Positions 38,642 to 48,893 of a stretch of 64,000 nt of DNA are shown one piece after another. The notes below the pieces were generated by a model, which ran no database searches, was not told where the DNA came from, and saw nothing but the letters and a program-made list of their open reading frames with translations. Every line of letters begins with the position of its first letter. Within the stretch, counting starts at the first letter, position 1. Both the position numbers and the translations under genes were made by a program. This DNA comes from a virus: the IMG/VR virus record IMGVR_UViG_3300028844_001770, positions 2,514 through 66,513 of that record; one strand, written 5' to 3'.

Positions 38642-39724
38642 TTACCATCCTATTTTCTCCCATGGAACATCTTTATTACCAAAGTGTCCATATGTACAGT
38701 TTTCACTATACTTATAAAAATCAAATAAACCAAATCTATCAATGATTCCTTTTGGTGTTAGGTCAATGTTTTCTTCGATATACTTTTGGATAGTTCTATT
38801 GTGTCCATTACTATCTACATAGATACTCGTTGGTTCTTTTACACCGATAGCATATGACAATTGAATTTGACACCAATCAGCCATATTATCTGCTACAACA
38901 TTCTTTGCTAACCATCGTGCCATGTAGGCGCCACTTCGGTCGACTTTTGTGGGGTCTTTTCCACTAAAAGCACCACCACCATGGGGAGCATAGCCACCAT
39001 AAGTATCAACGATAATCTTACGCCCGGTAAGTCCTGTGTCGCCATCAGGACCACCAATGACAAAATTGCCTGTAGGATTGATATGCCAAGTAGTTTCATC
39101 GTCTATTAAATCTCCCATTACACTATTTACTGCTTCTCTAACAGGTGCTACACAACTATGTACAAATCCTTGTTTGTGCTGATGTGATACTACTACTTGG
39201 TCAGCACGTACAGGCTTTCCACCTGTATACTGAATACTTACTTGTGATTTTGCATCTGGTAGTAAAAATTCATATCCATCTAATCGAAGTTCTTTTAGTT
39301 TCTTTAGAATTTCGTGTGAATAATATATCGGTGCTGGTAGCATTGCATCGTTTTCATTAGTTGCATAACCAAACATAATGCCTTGGTCACCTGCACCAAA
39401 ATCATCTGTGCCTAATCCAATATCACCTGATTGTGAGTGTATCTCATTGTAGATATTTAAATTATCCCAGTGAAATCCTTCTTGTTCATAGCCAATTTCT
39501 TTAACTTTATCTCGTATGATATCTTTTACATTATCTACATTAAAGTTCTTTACTTCACCCGCTACCGTTACGTGGTTAGTGGTCACAAGTGTTTCGATTG
39601 CTACCCTTGTAGTTTCATCGCCATTCTTTAGTCCTGCATCAACTAATGCATCACTAATTTGGTCAGAAACTTTATCTGGGTGACCATCACTTACACTTTC
39701 GCTTGTAAAAATATAGTTGTTCAT
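38642..39724 (-). CDS. metK: S-adenosylmethionine synthetase
   Basis: FTSESVSDGHPDK, GAGDQG, GGPDGDTGLTGRKIIVDTYGG, HGGGAFSGKDPTKVDRS. Confidence 0.98.
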   Translation of the reverse strand: MNNYIFTSESVSDGHPDKVSDQISDALVDAGLKNGDETTRVAIETLVTTNHVTVAGEVKNFNVDNVKDIIRDKVKEIGYEQEGFHWDNLNIYNEIHSQSGDIGLGTDDFGAGDQGIMFGYATNENDAMLPAPIYYSHEILKKLKELRLDGYEFLLPDAKSQVSIQYTGGKPVRADQVVVSHQHKQGFVHSCVAPVREAVNSVMGDLIDDETTWHINPTGNFVIGGPDGDTGLTGRKIIVDTYGGYAPHGGGAFSGKDPTKVDRSGAYMARWLAKNVVADNMADWCQIQLSYAIGVKEPTSIYVDSNGHNRTIQKYIEENIDLTPKGIIDRFGLFDFYKYSENCTYGHFGNKDVPWEKIGW

Positions 39725-39742
39725 TTAAATCCTTTGATTTGT

Positions 39743-40294
39743 TTATTGTTCTTGGAGTATAGAATATACATCGTAGCCTTCGTTTCTCAACTTAGCACCA
39801 CCACCTAAAAACTCTAATTCCATTATACTTAGTATACTGCTAATGTCTGCACCAAATCTATCAGTCAATGTAATTACAGCACCTAATGTACCGCCAGTTG
39901 CGATAACATCATCTATAACAAGAACTTTGTCACCTTTTTGTATTGCACCTTTCTGTAAATGCAATTCATCAGTTCCGTATTCTAATTCATACTCAGTAAA
40001 GATAGTTTCTCCTGGCAGTTTGCCTTTCTTTCTAGCCATAGAAAATGGTATACCAGTTGCTGAACTTAATGCACCAGCCATAGGAAATCCACGAGCATCT
40101 AGTCCAATGATTTTGTTAAACTGAATCTCGTTATCTTTGATATAATCACTAAACAAAGTCATTACGTGTTGAAGTCCTTGTGGTGCATTAAATATACTTG
40201 CCATATCCTGATAGAGAACGCCGGGCCTAGGATGGTCTGGTATAACTCTAATCAGATTTTGAATAGTCTTTGGAGTTGGTTTTATGATTGTCAC
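39743..40294 (-). CDS. apt: Adenine phosphoribosyltransferase
   Basis: IPDHPRPGV, LDARGF, ARKKGKLPG, YELEYGT, VIDDVIATGGT. Confidence 0.95.
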   Translation of the reverse strand: MTIIKPTPKTIQNLIRVIPDHPRPGVLYQDMASIFNAPQGLQHVMTLFSDYIKDNEIQFNKIIGLDARGFPMAGALSSATGIPFSMARKKGKLPGETIFTEYELEYGTDELHLQKGAIQKGDKVLVIDDVIATGGTLGAVITLTDRFGADISSILSIMELEFLGGGAKLRNEGYDVYSILQEQ

Positions 40295-40497
40295 TAGTCT
40301 TGCAGTTCTTTTTCTAGTTTAACAATCTCTTCTTTCAAGTGCAACTTTTTAAGTTTTAGTTTACTAATAGTTTGGTCGTCGGTGTGCATTTTAAATGCGG
40401 TAACGATGCCATTATCTAAATCTCTGTGTTTCTTTTTTAAATAGATGAGACGAGTACGTTTCTTTTCGTCTACTTGTGGTCTTACGGGTGTAGTCAT
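40294..40497 (-). CDS. DUF465/YdcH-like small coiled-coil protein
   Basis: LKKKHRDLD..I...LKLKKLHLKEEI. Confidence 0.75.
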   Translation of the reverse strand: MTTPVRPQVDEKKRTRLIYLKKKHRDLDNGIVTAFKMHTDDQTISKLKLKKLHLKEEIVKLEKELQD

Positions 40498-40538
40498 TTG
40501 CTTCTCCTATATTTGACCTCTCTAAAAGTATTTATATA

Positions 40539-41294
40539 TTAGTTGCCTGCTTTTGCGGGTAAAATATATTCATATAAACCTAGTCCACTATCAACTGCAA
40601 TCATCATTGCACCTTGGTCTGAAATCTTCATATTCATTGTGCTAGTGTCACTTAGTTTAAGAATAGTTAAAACTGTTGAAAGTGGAAAACTCCAACCAGT
40701 CTTTAGTTCACCTTCTACATTATTTGCAAAAGGGAGTTCTACTTTATCGGTTGAACTATCACCAATATAAAATACCAAGTTACCATCAACTGTTCTTGCA
40801 GTAAGTAATGGGTCAAATGCACCAAGAATACCTGCAAAGTATTGTAGGTCTTTGATTGCTTTTTGTGTTGGCATAATCTCTACATTCCAAGCGGCACCAC
40901 GAAAACTTGCAGTTTTGATTTGTGCGTCTACTAGTTCTGATACGATTACACGATACGAACTATCAAAGCCACCAGGCATTGAGAAGTTCAGTTCAGTAGT
41001 AACATCTTCACCGTTTCGTGTTTCTGTCCCTACTTTAACGTCTGCTACAACAGAGTTACCTTCTTTGTCTTCACCAGAATAACTAAGAAGTCCGTTTAGA
41101 ACACCTAGTCTACCTAGACCAAACTTACCTTCGAATTCAGGAACTGGCGTGTGTAATTTACCACGCAATACAACAGTACGGTCATCGTCCATCGCATCGA
41201 TTGTAGTTCCCTCATTATCTGTTGTCACTTTTGCCGCTTGAATAATTCCAAGTGAGTGAGTGTGTTTTACAATATCTTTTAAAATGTCACGCAT
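40539..41294 (-). CDS. DNA polymerase sliding clamp (gp45-like)
   Basis: Size about 250 aa, location next to polymerase, C-terminal YEYILPA typical of clamps. Confidence 0.7.
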   Translation of the reverse strand: MRDILKDIVKHTHSLGIIQAAKVTTDNEGTTIDAMDDDRTVVLRGKLHTPVPEFEGKFGLGRLGVLNGLLSYSGEDKEGNSVVADVKVGTETRNGEDVTTELNFSMPGGFDSSYRVIVSELVDAQIKTASFRGAAWNVEIMPTQKAIKDLQYFAGILGAFDPLLTARTVDGNLVFYIGDSSTDKVELPFANNVEGELKTGWSFPLSTVLTILKLSDTSTMNMKISDQGAMMIAVDSGLGLYEYILPAKAGN

Positions 41295-41321
41295 TTTTGT
41301 TTCTCCTGATTAATTTCATTA

Positions 41322-41351
41322 ATTATAACATATTTTCATATCGGTTGTCAA
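41322..41351 (-). promoter_or_regulatory. sigma70-type promoter
   Basis: TTGACA-18 bp-TATAAT with extended TG. Confidence 0.6.
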
Positions 41352-41352
41352 C

Positions 41353-41892
41353 CTATATTTGACCAATTCTTTTCTTACTTTGTTTAGGATTATCTACCCA
41401 ATATATCGTATTAGGAGGCAAAAACCCGTGAATAAACCAAGCATTACCGAATGTTGGATTACCTTTTCCTGTAAAATCAACACGATTGTTATACACAAGT
41501 GTAGACATACCGTGTTCTATAAACATTCTGCCTCGTTTTCCACCTTGAAAACTTGTTACTGGCAGTAGTAATGCAAATGGTTTACCAAGAGCATAACAAT
41601 GTTCAATAAACTTATCTTTGATACTATATGGTGGATTAGTTATAATCCCATCGTATACATCATCTGGTTCACAATCGAAAAAGTCTTTACCTTTGCTTGG
41701 CACTATCTTATATCCATTGTTATTAAACCCATCTACGATTAGATTAGATGTTCCACTAGTTGCTTCATAGTAAGTTTTGTCTTTATCAATATATTCTAGT
41801 AGAGGTTGAACTTGGTCAGATGGAGTATAACATTCATCTGATTCCTTGTTTCTTGCTCGTCTCTGAATTAAGTCTGTGTAAGTATTGCTCAT
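41353..41892 (-). CDS. Amino (N6-adenine/N4-cytosine) DNA methyltransferase-like protein
   Basis: DECYTP, DFF, IITNPPYS, FALLLP. Confidence 0.8.
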   Translation of the reverse strand: MSNTYTDLIQRRARNKESDECYTPSDQVQPLLEYIDKDKTYYEATSGTSNLIVDGFNNNGYKIVPSKGKDFFDCEPDDVYDGIITNPPYSIKDKFIEHCYALGKPFALLLPVTSFQGGKRGRMFIEHGMSTLVYNNRVDFTGKGNPTFGNAWFIHGFLPPNTIYWVDNPKQSKKRIGQI

Positions 41893-44699
41893 TATAAATC
41901 AAACAAATTATCAAAGGTTTCGGATGCATTTGCATCACTCATATCCCAATTCAAAACACCAATTAAGTTATCTAACTTCTTATCAACAATAGTTTGTTCC
42001 ATTAACTCGTGGTCAAATGGCAAATCTTGGAACCATTGAGGTATCTTTGTAGCATCAATTGGATATGCTACACTCTTTAACTTAAATGTATTTGGTTTTA
42101 GTTTACAGATGATACACTTCATACCATCTACAATCTCTACTGCATACTTGTCTTGGTTGAGTTCACGCAACATATTCCAGTTTAGTGCGGCTGATACGTG
42201 TCCGGGAAGATGTACTTTGTCTTTCTTACTTTTATCACCACCGTTGTTCAAGTCTCTTGCTATTGCCTTCTTAGCGGCATTCACACGATTCTTATACGAA
42301 GTCAAGTTGTTCACACGAGATTGAGAACCTTTTTCCCAACCTGGCTTTGCTCTAAACTCTTTCTTAAACTCTTTGACCATATCGATAACATCTTCTCTGC
42401 TACCATCAGTCAACACTTTCAATAATACTTCACTGAGAAAGTTTTGCATATATCCAGGTGTATCAGAACGTTTAAGGTCAAGACCCATCGCTTTAATCTT
42501 TCCTGGTTTGCCATCAACATCTCTGCGTTCACCATCATCGTCATAGATAAGCATAGCATAACGTTTCTTTTTAATAAAGATACCCTGTGTAGCACAGTTC
42601 TCACGACCAGCAACAATAATCTCACCTTCTTTTCTAGGAACATTAAAGAATGTTTTCATAAAGTCTGGAAAACTTTCGTTCACTTGGTTTGCAACTTCAT
42701 CATACAACTGTAATACTTTATCTTTATTCCACTCAATAGAACCATCATCAATCTCTTGCTTATAAACAGGGTACATTGAATAGTAAATGGAGTCTGTATC
42801 ACCATAGATAACTGCTGGACCTTTATAGTCATAATGTCCTTCGATAACTTCATTTGTCTTAGCACCCATATGTCGAGTAATACAACGACCTGTAAGTGTT
42901 GTACTTTGGCCGATACGCTTATCGTAAAAACGACAACCTTGGTTCAATAACGCACCATAGAGTGAGTTCAAGTTAATCTTTTTAACTAACTGTCGTTTAT
43001 CCCAGTAAGCGATTTGTTCTTTATCGCCATCTGCAATAGCCTTCTTTTTGCTTTGTTGCATTACTTGTCGTTCAGCATACCATCTTTCTAGTAAACTAGG
43101 AACAATACCTTGAATGTCTTGTTTGAATATAGTGCCATTAGCAGTCACAGTCCAGTTCAATCCACTATTGAATATCAAGTCATATGCTTCTGCACCAGAT
43201 ACTGTTTGTGCTGTTTTCATGTCTTCGTATGGACTATCTTCTAAAACTAAAGTAACTCTACTTGCTTTGTCTTTCTCATTTAATACACGAAATTCTTCTG
43301 AACTAAACGTTTCATCCCATGCTTGAGATGAACCATACGTCTTAGCACCAGTTTTTCTACCTTCTTTAATTCTGTCACTAATAAGTTTATCAGTTAAGTC
43401 TGGTCGAAGTTGTCCAGCAATAGTTTCTGGCGACATATTCATCGCACGAATAACTGATGGATAAAGTGAGTTGATATCGATACCTGCTACCCACTTCTGT
43501 AAACCTTTCTTGGGAACTGCCACAAAAGCACCGGCGGCTTTCTGCATTTCTAAATCATGTAGTTCTTCATCTGAATAGTCTACATCATCATCTGACCACT
43601 CACGTCTCTTTCTGTCAGGAACAACCATACCTCGTCTATGTGCTTCGTTAATGATTGCTTGTTCTGTAACAGCAACCGCACCCATTGTTGTTTTTATGTT
43701 CACTGTATTATCGTGTGCAATTTCATTTGCTAGTTCGATAAATCTTAGTTTCTTATCAATCTTGTCAAGTAGTGCAACGTCTTGTCTGTTGTATGCCACG
43801 AACTTGTAGAAGTCGTTGTTGTACAACTGGTCTAATGTACCATCATATGCAACTTTTTGTTCACCTACTTCGTGTTCACCAATTGTATCAAGTGCGTATG
43901 AATGCATTTCGTGGTAAGTATACTTACGATATAGTTCTAAGTAGTCTAAGTGAATTCTGCCAAACAAGTCAAATGTTTCTTGTTCTTTACCATACTTTAC
44001 TATCTTACGTTTCTGAGGGATTAAATCCCATAAACACAACTTGCGTGTATGCGACTTACTTAATACCTCAGTTATTCTATTAACAGTATAAGGAATATCA
44101 TAACCTTCAGAGTTCCAACCAGTTAACACATCGGCATCTTCAATCACATCTAAGAAGTCATTGAGCATGTCTGCTTCACTTAGGTATAGTTCTGTGTTTT
44201 CGAATTGCGAACAAATGCGTTGTGCTTCTTCTAAACCTTCACCCTCACGCATACTCTTTGGTGGGATTACGAGTGTGACAAGTAAGTCAAGCCATTGTAA
44301 ATGAACTGTGATAGCCGTGATTGGCATGAATGGGTCACTAGGGTCTGCGAAGCCACGACTTGCATCGAAGTCAGTCTCAATATCGAAGAAAGCAGTATTG
44401 AGTGTTGGTGATTCTATACCATTATAGTTCTCACTCAAACACTTCACTTCAGGCTTCATATCACTTTCGTAAAATGTTTTGCCTACGTTTATCTTTCGTT
44501 CTTTATGGAGGTCTTTGAGACGTTTACATTTGATTTGTCGAACTTTGTCGCCATGAATACTTACATGTTCACCGCGTGGGTCTTTCACATAGAAAGTACG
44601 CCACGCTGGATAATCATTGTAAACTCGTTTACCTTTAATTCGTTCTACAACTTGAACAATATCTTTGTCTTTGTTGTAGAATGCATCTACATAACTCAA
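41892..44699 (-). CDS. Family B DNA polymerase (gp43-like)
   Basis: FDIET exonuclease, GWNS..YDIPY, DINSLYPS, KINLNSLYG, YGDTDS, KKRY. Confidence 0.98.
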   Translation of the reverse strand: MSYVDAFYNKDKDIVQVVERIKGKRVYNDYPAWRTFYVKDPRGEHVSIHGDKVRQIKCKRLKDLHKERKINVGKTFYESDMKPEVKCLSENYNGIESPTLNTAFFDIETDFDASRGFADPSDPFMPITAITVHLQWLDLLVTLVIPPKSMREGEGLEEAQRICSQFENTELYLSEADMLNDFLDVIEDADVLTGWNSEGYDIPYTVNRITEVLSKSHTRKLCLWDLIPQKRKIVKYGKEQETFDLFGRIHLDYLELYRKYTYHEMHSYALDTIGEHEVGEQKVAYDGTLDQLYNNDFYKFVAYNRQDVALLDKIDKKLRFIELANEIAHDNTVNIKTTMGAVAVTEQAIINEAHRRGMVVPDRKRREWSDDDVDYSDEELHDLEMQKAAGAFVAVPKKGLQKWVAGIDINSLYPSVIRAMNMSPETIAGQLRPDLTDKLISDRIKEGRKTGAKTYGSSQAWDETFSSEEFRVLNEKDKASRVTLVLEDSPYEDMKTAQTVSGAEAYDLIFNSGLNWTVTANGTIFKQDIQGIVPSLLERWYAERQVMQQSKKKAIADGDKEQIAYWDKRQLVKKINLNSLYGALLNQGCRFYDKRIGQSTTLTGRCITRHMGAKTNEVIEGHYDYKGPAVIYGDTDSIYYSMYPVYKQEIDDGSIEWNKDKVLQLYDEVANQVNESFPDFMKTFFNVPRKEGEIIVAGRENCATQGIFIKKKRYAMLIYDDDGERRDVDGKPGKIKAMGLDLKRSDTPGYMQNFLSEVLLKVLTDGSREDVIDMVKEFKKEFRAKPGWEKGSQSRVNNLTSYKNRVNAAKKAIARDLNNGGDKSKKDKVHLPGHVSAALNWNMLRELNQDKYAVEIVDGMKCIICKLKPNTFKLKSVAYPIDATKIPQWFQDLPFDHELMEQTIVDKKLDNLIGVLNWDMSDANASETFDNLFDL

Positions 44700-44956
44700 A
44701 GAGTGCGACCCACTGTTTCTAAGATAGTTTCCATATCTTCAAAGTCTTGGCGAGTTTCAGCAAGTTTTGCCTTGTGTGCCACAGAGATTGCTTTGTTTAA
44801 AACCGCTGGTTTAACATCGATTTCTTCAGCAATTGCTCTTACAGTATCACGTAATCCACCTTTGAGGTCTTCACATTCTTGTAGAACCAGGCAACCTTCA
44901 TTCACCAGTTGAATGAGTTTTGCTTTTTCTTCTTCATTAATTGCGTCAATTGACAT
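44696..44956 (-). CDS. Small helical dsDNA-binding-like protein (T4 DsbA/GapR-like)
   Basis: Coiled-coil pattern EDLK..LRD.V..IAEE.DV.P.VLNKAI; ATGA coupling to polymerase. Confidence 0.55.
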   Translation of the reverse strand: MSIDAINEEEKAKLIQLVNEGCLVLQECEDLKGGLRDTVRAIAEEIDVKPAVLNKAISVAHKAKLAETRQDFEDMETILETVGRTL

Positions 44957-44981
44957 ATAAATCTCCTATAAGTTGGACAAT

Positions 44982-45007
44982 AAAAAAGAGTGCTTTTACA
45001 CACTCTT
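44982..45007 (-). terminator. Rho-independent terminator candidate
   Basis: AAGAGTG-8 nt-CACTCTT followed by T-run on minus strand. Confidence 0.55.
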
Positions 45008-45052
45008 TATATATTAACATAAGTGACTTACAAAGTCAATAGGTTTTTATGA

Positions 45053-47413
45053 TTATTTGTCTTTTGATAAAGCATCTTTCATGGCTTTTTCTACCATGTT
45101 ATCTGCATGTTTCTTAGATGCTGTGATAGGATTACCGAATCCAGATTTCTGAGCAACATTTGCCAACCCACCGGCCGCTTTGCCCCATGCTTTTTTAACA
45201 CCACCTGCAACTTTTTTACCAATTACTGCCTGTTTTGCTTTGTTCATTGTTGATGAATTGCCTGCTTTTGCATCTCTAGCCGCTTGGGCTGTTGCAATAG
45301 TTTTACCTTGAGGACTGTTTACTGACCATTCTTTGCCTTTTTTATCTTTTATCATGCCTTTTGTTGTTCCGCCTACTGCGTTTTTAACAGCACTACCTAC
45401 ACGAGCGACTACTGGAGCAACTGCAACTTCTTTAACTGCGTTTAACTTTTTGCCTTTAACTTTTGCTGAAGCCGTAACACCCATTTCATCTGCTCCCTTA
45501 TTAATAGCCGCACCTGCCGCTTTTGCGGTACCGATGGCGGCTTGTCCAGCCATTGCCTTTCCGAGAGATTTAGCACCTGCTTTTGCGGCTTTGCCAACTA
45601 ACGCTCTGGCAACTCCACCTGCAACTGCACCTATACCCGCTAATGGTAAAATCTCATCAATACGTTTGCCTTCTGCAATACCCTCTTTAAGTTTGCTGAA
45701 TGCAAAGTTTGACATTCTAAGCATGCCTTCTTTAGTTCTTAGCATATTATCGATTTTTTCTTTGTTATCATCGTTTACAGCATTGTATACTGCCGCAACT
45801 GCTGATGCTGTGTATAAATCAACTTTCATCTTGCCATCGTCAAATTTGACTTGCATATTTTGTTTGTCTGCTACAATCTGTTTAATTGTATCAATTGCTT
45901 TATGGCTACTCTTTGGTTTCATATCCATAACTTTTAAGAATTCATCTCTAGCCGCGATTGCTTCTTCTGAATTTTCAAACATCGTATCCAGTTCTTCAAG
46001 TTCTTCTCCCGCATCTACAAAAGCACGGCGTATGAACTCATTAAATTTAGCAATATTCTTCTCATCCCTTGCTAATAATTTATTAAATATTTTAGCGATA
46101 TCTTCTGGTACTGGTGTTCCTTCGTTGGTAAAGAAAATATCAATAGTTTTTTTAAAGTCTGCTAGGTCTTTAATACCGTCCAGGACATCCCAATCATTAT
46201 TCATCGCATATTTAAGGGCTTTAAGTGTTCCATCTGACATTGAGTTTGCCCAATCAAAACTTCCTTTTATTGACTTAATTGATTCTTCTTCTTTAAGTGG
46301 CTTGTCATAGAAAGGTTTTTGTTTCTTTTTTGCTTCACCTAAGTTCTTTTCAGCATATGCCTTTACATCTTCTGCACTTCCATGAAATGAAACTTTATAA
46401 CCACCATAAGGTGATTTGATTAGTTTACCATCTTCGCCTCTATGTATTTGTTTTCTCAAGTTAAATCTCTTATGTGCGTTAACATCGCCTTCAGGTTGGT
46501 AATCTGATATAGTAACTGTTTTTCCATCGTTACTATAACTTTCATAAAATTCTTCTTCAGTTTCACCGGCTGCCATTTCTTTACAATCGCCACATCTACC
46601 AAAACCATCATTGTAGTCCATCATAGGAGCGCCACAGCAATTACTTACCATACCTTCTGAATCTGTATATTCATCACCTGGTGAATATGATTCAACAAAT
46701 ACTTCTACCATGTCATCGCCATTACGCAATGCACCTTTTTTAACTTTTACGTTTTCTTTACCGTATTTTTCAATTGCTTCTTCTGGAGACATACTAGTTT
46801 GTTTCCAACGCTTTTCTGCTTCTTCTAGTGATTCTGCTTTTATTTCAGCACCATAAAAGTTTTTCATATCTGTAGCAAATTTATTAAGGTCTGCACCTTT
46901 ACCATCTATTCTAAAACTTTTTCCATCACTCATTTTATCAATTCTAAAACCTGTGCCTTTGCCAAATCTTTTTATATCGTCCATTGCTTCTGCTCTTTTC
47001 ATAGGGTCAGCAATAGTAACTACCATCTTTTTAAATTCTTTTAAATCTGATTCGTTTACAGATTCTTTAATACGAGCATCTAACTGAATATCATCATAGC
47101 CTTGTGCTTTGTACTTATCGTATAATCTGACTGCTTCATCATATGACAAATAATTATCATTGACATCATTCTCATCCATTCTTACAGAATATTCCATATT
47201 TTGTCTGTTGGCATATTTTTCTTTTGCCTCTGCAACGTGTTCTACATCTGCTAACTTTGGTGTAACACCAGCAGTTGATTTTAATCCCCAATGTTTGGCC
47301 GCATTCTTTGCCGCATCATAAGATGATACTGCATGAGTTTCGTATTTGCCTTTTTTAGTGTGAAAGACCACGTAAGGACGTTCTTTTTGTTCTATAAGTT
47401 GTGTCAGTTTCAT
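45053..47413 (-). CDS. Mosaic 786 aa putative internal head polyprotein
   Basis: Leader MKLTQLIE; modules bounded by [VILF]xE-[SAG]; Ala/Lys/Gly-rich C-terminus. Confidence 0.6.
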   Translation of the reverse strand: MKLTQLIEQKERPYVVFHTKKGKYETHAVSSYDAAKNAAKHWGLKSTAGVTPKLADVEHVAEAKEKYANRQNMEYSVRMDENDVNDNYLSYDEAVRLYDKYKAQGYDDIQLDARIKESVNESDLKEFKKMVVTIADPMKRAEAMDDIKRFGKGTGFRIDKMSDGKSFRIDGKGADLNKFATDMKNFYGAEIKAESLEEAEKRWKQTSMSPEEAIEKYGKENVKVKKGALRNGDDMVEVFVESYSPGDEYTDSEGMVSNCCGAPMMDYNDGFGRCGDCKEMAAGETEEEFYESYSNDGKTVTISDYQPEGDVNAHKRFNLRKQIHRGEDGKLIKSPYGGYKVSFHGSAEDVKAYAEKNLGEAKKKQKPFYDKPLKEEESIKSIKGSFDWANSMSDGTLKALKYAMNNDWDVLDGIKDLADFKKTIDIFFTNEGTPVPEDIAKIFNKLLARDEKNIAKFNEFIRRAFVDAGEELEELDTMFENSEEAIAARDEFLKVMDMKPKSSHKAIDTIKQIVADKQNMQVKFDDGKMKVDLYTASAVAAVYNAVNDDNKEKIDNMLRTKEGMLRMSNFAFSKLKEGIAEGKRIDEILPLAGIGAVAGGVARALVGKAAKAGAKSLGKAMAGQAAIGTAKAAGAAINKGADEMGVTASAKVKGKKLNAVKEVAVAPVVARVGSAVKNAVGGTTKGMIKDKKGKEWSVNSPQGKTIATAQAARDAKAGNSSTMNKAKQAVIGKKVAGGVKKAWGKAAGGLANVAQKSGFGNPITASKKHADNMVEKAMKDALSKDK

Positions 47414-47420
47414 AAGTCTT

Positions 47421-47627
47421 CTACCTTCTAATCATTGGTGATTTGACGGGGTGTTTGTATGATAAGTTGCCTACTTCGGCACTATATCCCATCTTAGTTT
47501 TCTTTTTTTTCTTAGACTTTTTAGATGCATATATGCTTGCCTTTGGGTCACCGCCACCTAATGGTCCTGCCACTGTTGCGATTCCACCTGCACTTGTCAT
47601 TTCACCTAAAATCTCGTATATTTTCAT
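47421..47627 (-). CDS. Small basic putative internal head protein
   Basis: Leader MKIYEILGE, TSAGGIATV, poly-Lys; GATAAATAC directly upstream. Confidence 0.6.
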   Translation of the reverse strand: MKIYEILGEMTSAGGIATVAGPLGGGDPKASIYASKKSKKKKKTKMGYSAEVGNLSYKHPVKSPMIRR

Positions 47628-47631
47628 AATA

Positions 47632-47640
47632 GTATTTATC
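47632..47640 (-). promoter_or_regulatory. Late promoter candidate GATAAATAC
   Basis: Same 9-mer recurs in intergenic gaps at 53081, 54839, 57749, 60594. Confidence 0.6.
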
Positions 47641-48893
47641 TACTTTCTTCTAAAAGTTTTCTTAGGCAATCCGTCTTTACTGACTTTATTGCCAAACTTA
47701 GCCGCTTGTTTCTTAATCTCGTTAGGTCCAACATCAACAGTAGTGTTGATGCCTGGTACGATTTTGCCTACGCCTCCCGTTTCAGTTACACTCTTTTTTA
47801 CTGCTTCAAACTTTTCTTTTAGTTCGTCTTCTAGTGTAACACCAAGTATAGATTCTTTATTAATACCACGAGATTTTGGTCCACCTCTTTTACGAGTTGA
47901 TTGTAATTCTGCTTTTGTATCAACGACTGATTTCATCATTAATTGTAAAACATCTCTATCTAATAGTCTCTGTATTTGTTCAAAGTCACCTCGTTCTGCC
48001 ATTTTAGTAAGTTCTTTAAGTTTGCCAACTATACTGTCTTCTATTTGATTAAGCATAAGTCTGCCATATCCTTGAATATACACTTCAGGATTATTGGGGT
48101 CTTCTTTGTTCCATTTCCAAATCTGAGATTCTTCATTAACTGTATTGTTATTCAATGTTTTTCTAAACATATTATTTGAGTGTGCTGGTCTAAGAGGTTT
48201 TTCACCTCGTAATGGAAGAGATATAGTTTTATGTGTTGACCTTTGAGTTGGAGTAGAACGTAATCCACTTGGACCGTTCATTCTATATCCAGACTCTTCA
48301 ATCCATGCTTTTACATCATCATTAACTCGACCCATAGCCCAATCTATAGTCTTTCCGCCATCGTGGTAATCTTCATCAGAAGTTAATTCACTATACATAA
48401 AATCATGTAATTCATCTTCAGAAGTAAAATAATCTGTAATTTGAGAATTTGCTAAGTCGGCAAGTCTGTCAGCAACATCAGTTCTATCTTCTCTATCTTC
48501 TTCTATTGATTCTACTGGGAATTCTTTGTTAGATGTTTTAAAGTCTTTCTTACGCATAACAGTTTTAACAATCAAATCTAATTCATTGTTATCTCTATCC
48601 CAACGTAACGCAAATGGCATATTAATATCAGTTACTAAATCTTTCATTACTGCTTCTTGGTCTGGACCCATCTGTGCGATTGGCTGACCCCAACGTTTGT
48701 ATTCTTGTTTGAATAAACGTGTAAGTTCACTTGCTGTGATTTGTTTGCCATTACGTTCATCATTTACTCTGTCGAGGAAGTGACGTGTAAATTCTACATC
48801 AATACCAACTTTGCCAAATATTCTATCAGCAAATGTTTCTAACGCTTCTAAGTCAGATTGTGTGATTTTCTTATCTAATTCGTCTAGTCTCAT
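47640..48893 (-). CDS. Mosaic putative internal head polyprotein; N-terminal BECR/RelE-fold-like module
   Basis: Leader MRLDEL; FTRHFLDRV...IVKTVMRK; junctions PVES, IEES, VNEES, VTET. Confidence 0.55.
   Translation of the reverse strand: MRLDELDKKITQSDLEALETFADRIFGKVGIDVEFTRHFLDRVNDERNGKQITASELTRLFKQEYKRWGQPIAQMGPDQEAVMKDLVTDINMPFALRWDRDNNELDLIVKTVMRKKDFKTSNKEFPVESIEEDREDRTDVADRLADLANSQITDYFTSEDELHDFMYSELTSDEDYHDGGKTIDWAMGRVNDDVKAWIEESGYRMNGPSGLRSTPTQRSTHKTISLPLRGEKPLRPAHSNNMFRKTLNNNTVNEESQIWKWNKEDPNNPEVYIQGYGRLMLNQIEDSIVGKLKELTKMAERGDFEQIQRLLDRDVLQLMMKSVVDTKAELQSTRKRGGPKSRGINKESILGVTLEDELKEKFEAVKKSVTETGGVGKIVPGINTTVDVGPNEIKKQAAKFGNKVSKDGLPKKTFRRK

Noticed and set aside
41892-44699. Intein or intron in the DNA polymerase
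   Set aside because: Continuous ORF of normal length with all motifs and no splice-junction signatures
45333-46310. 325 aa + strand ORF
   Set aside because: Antisense shadow of the 786 aa gene, no recognisable motifs
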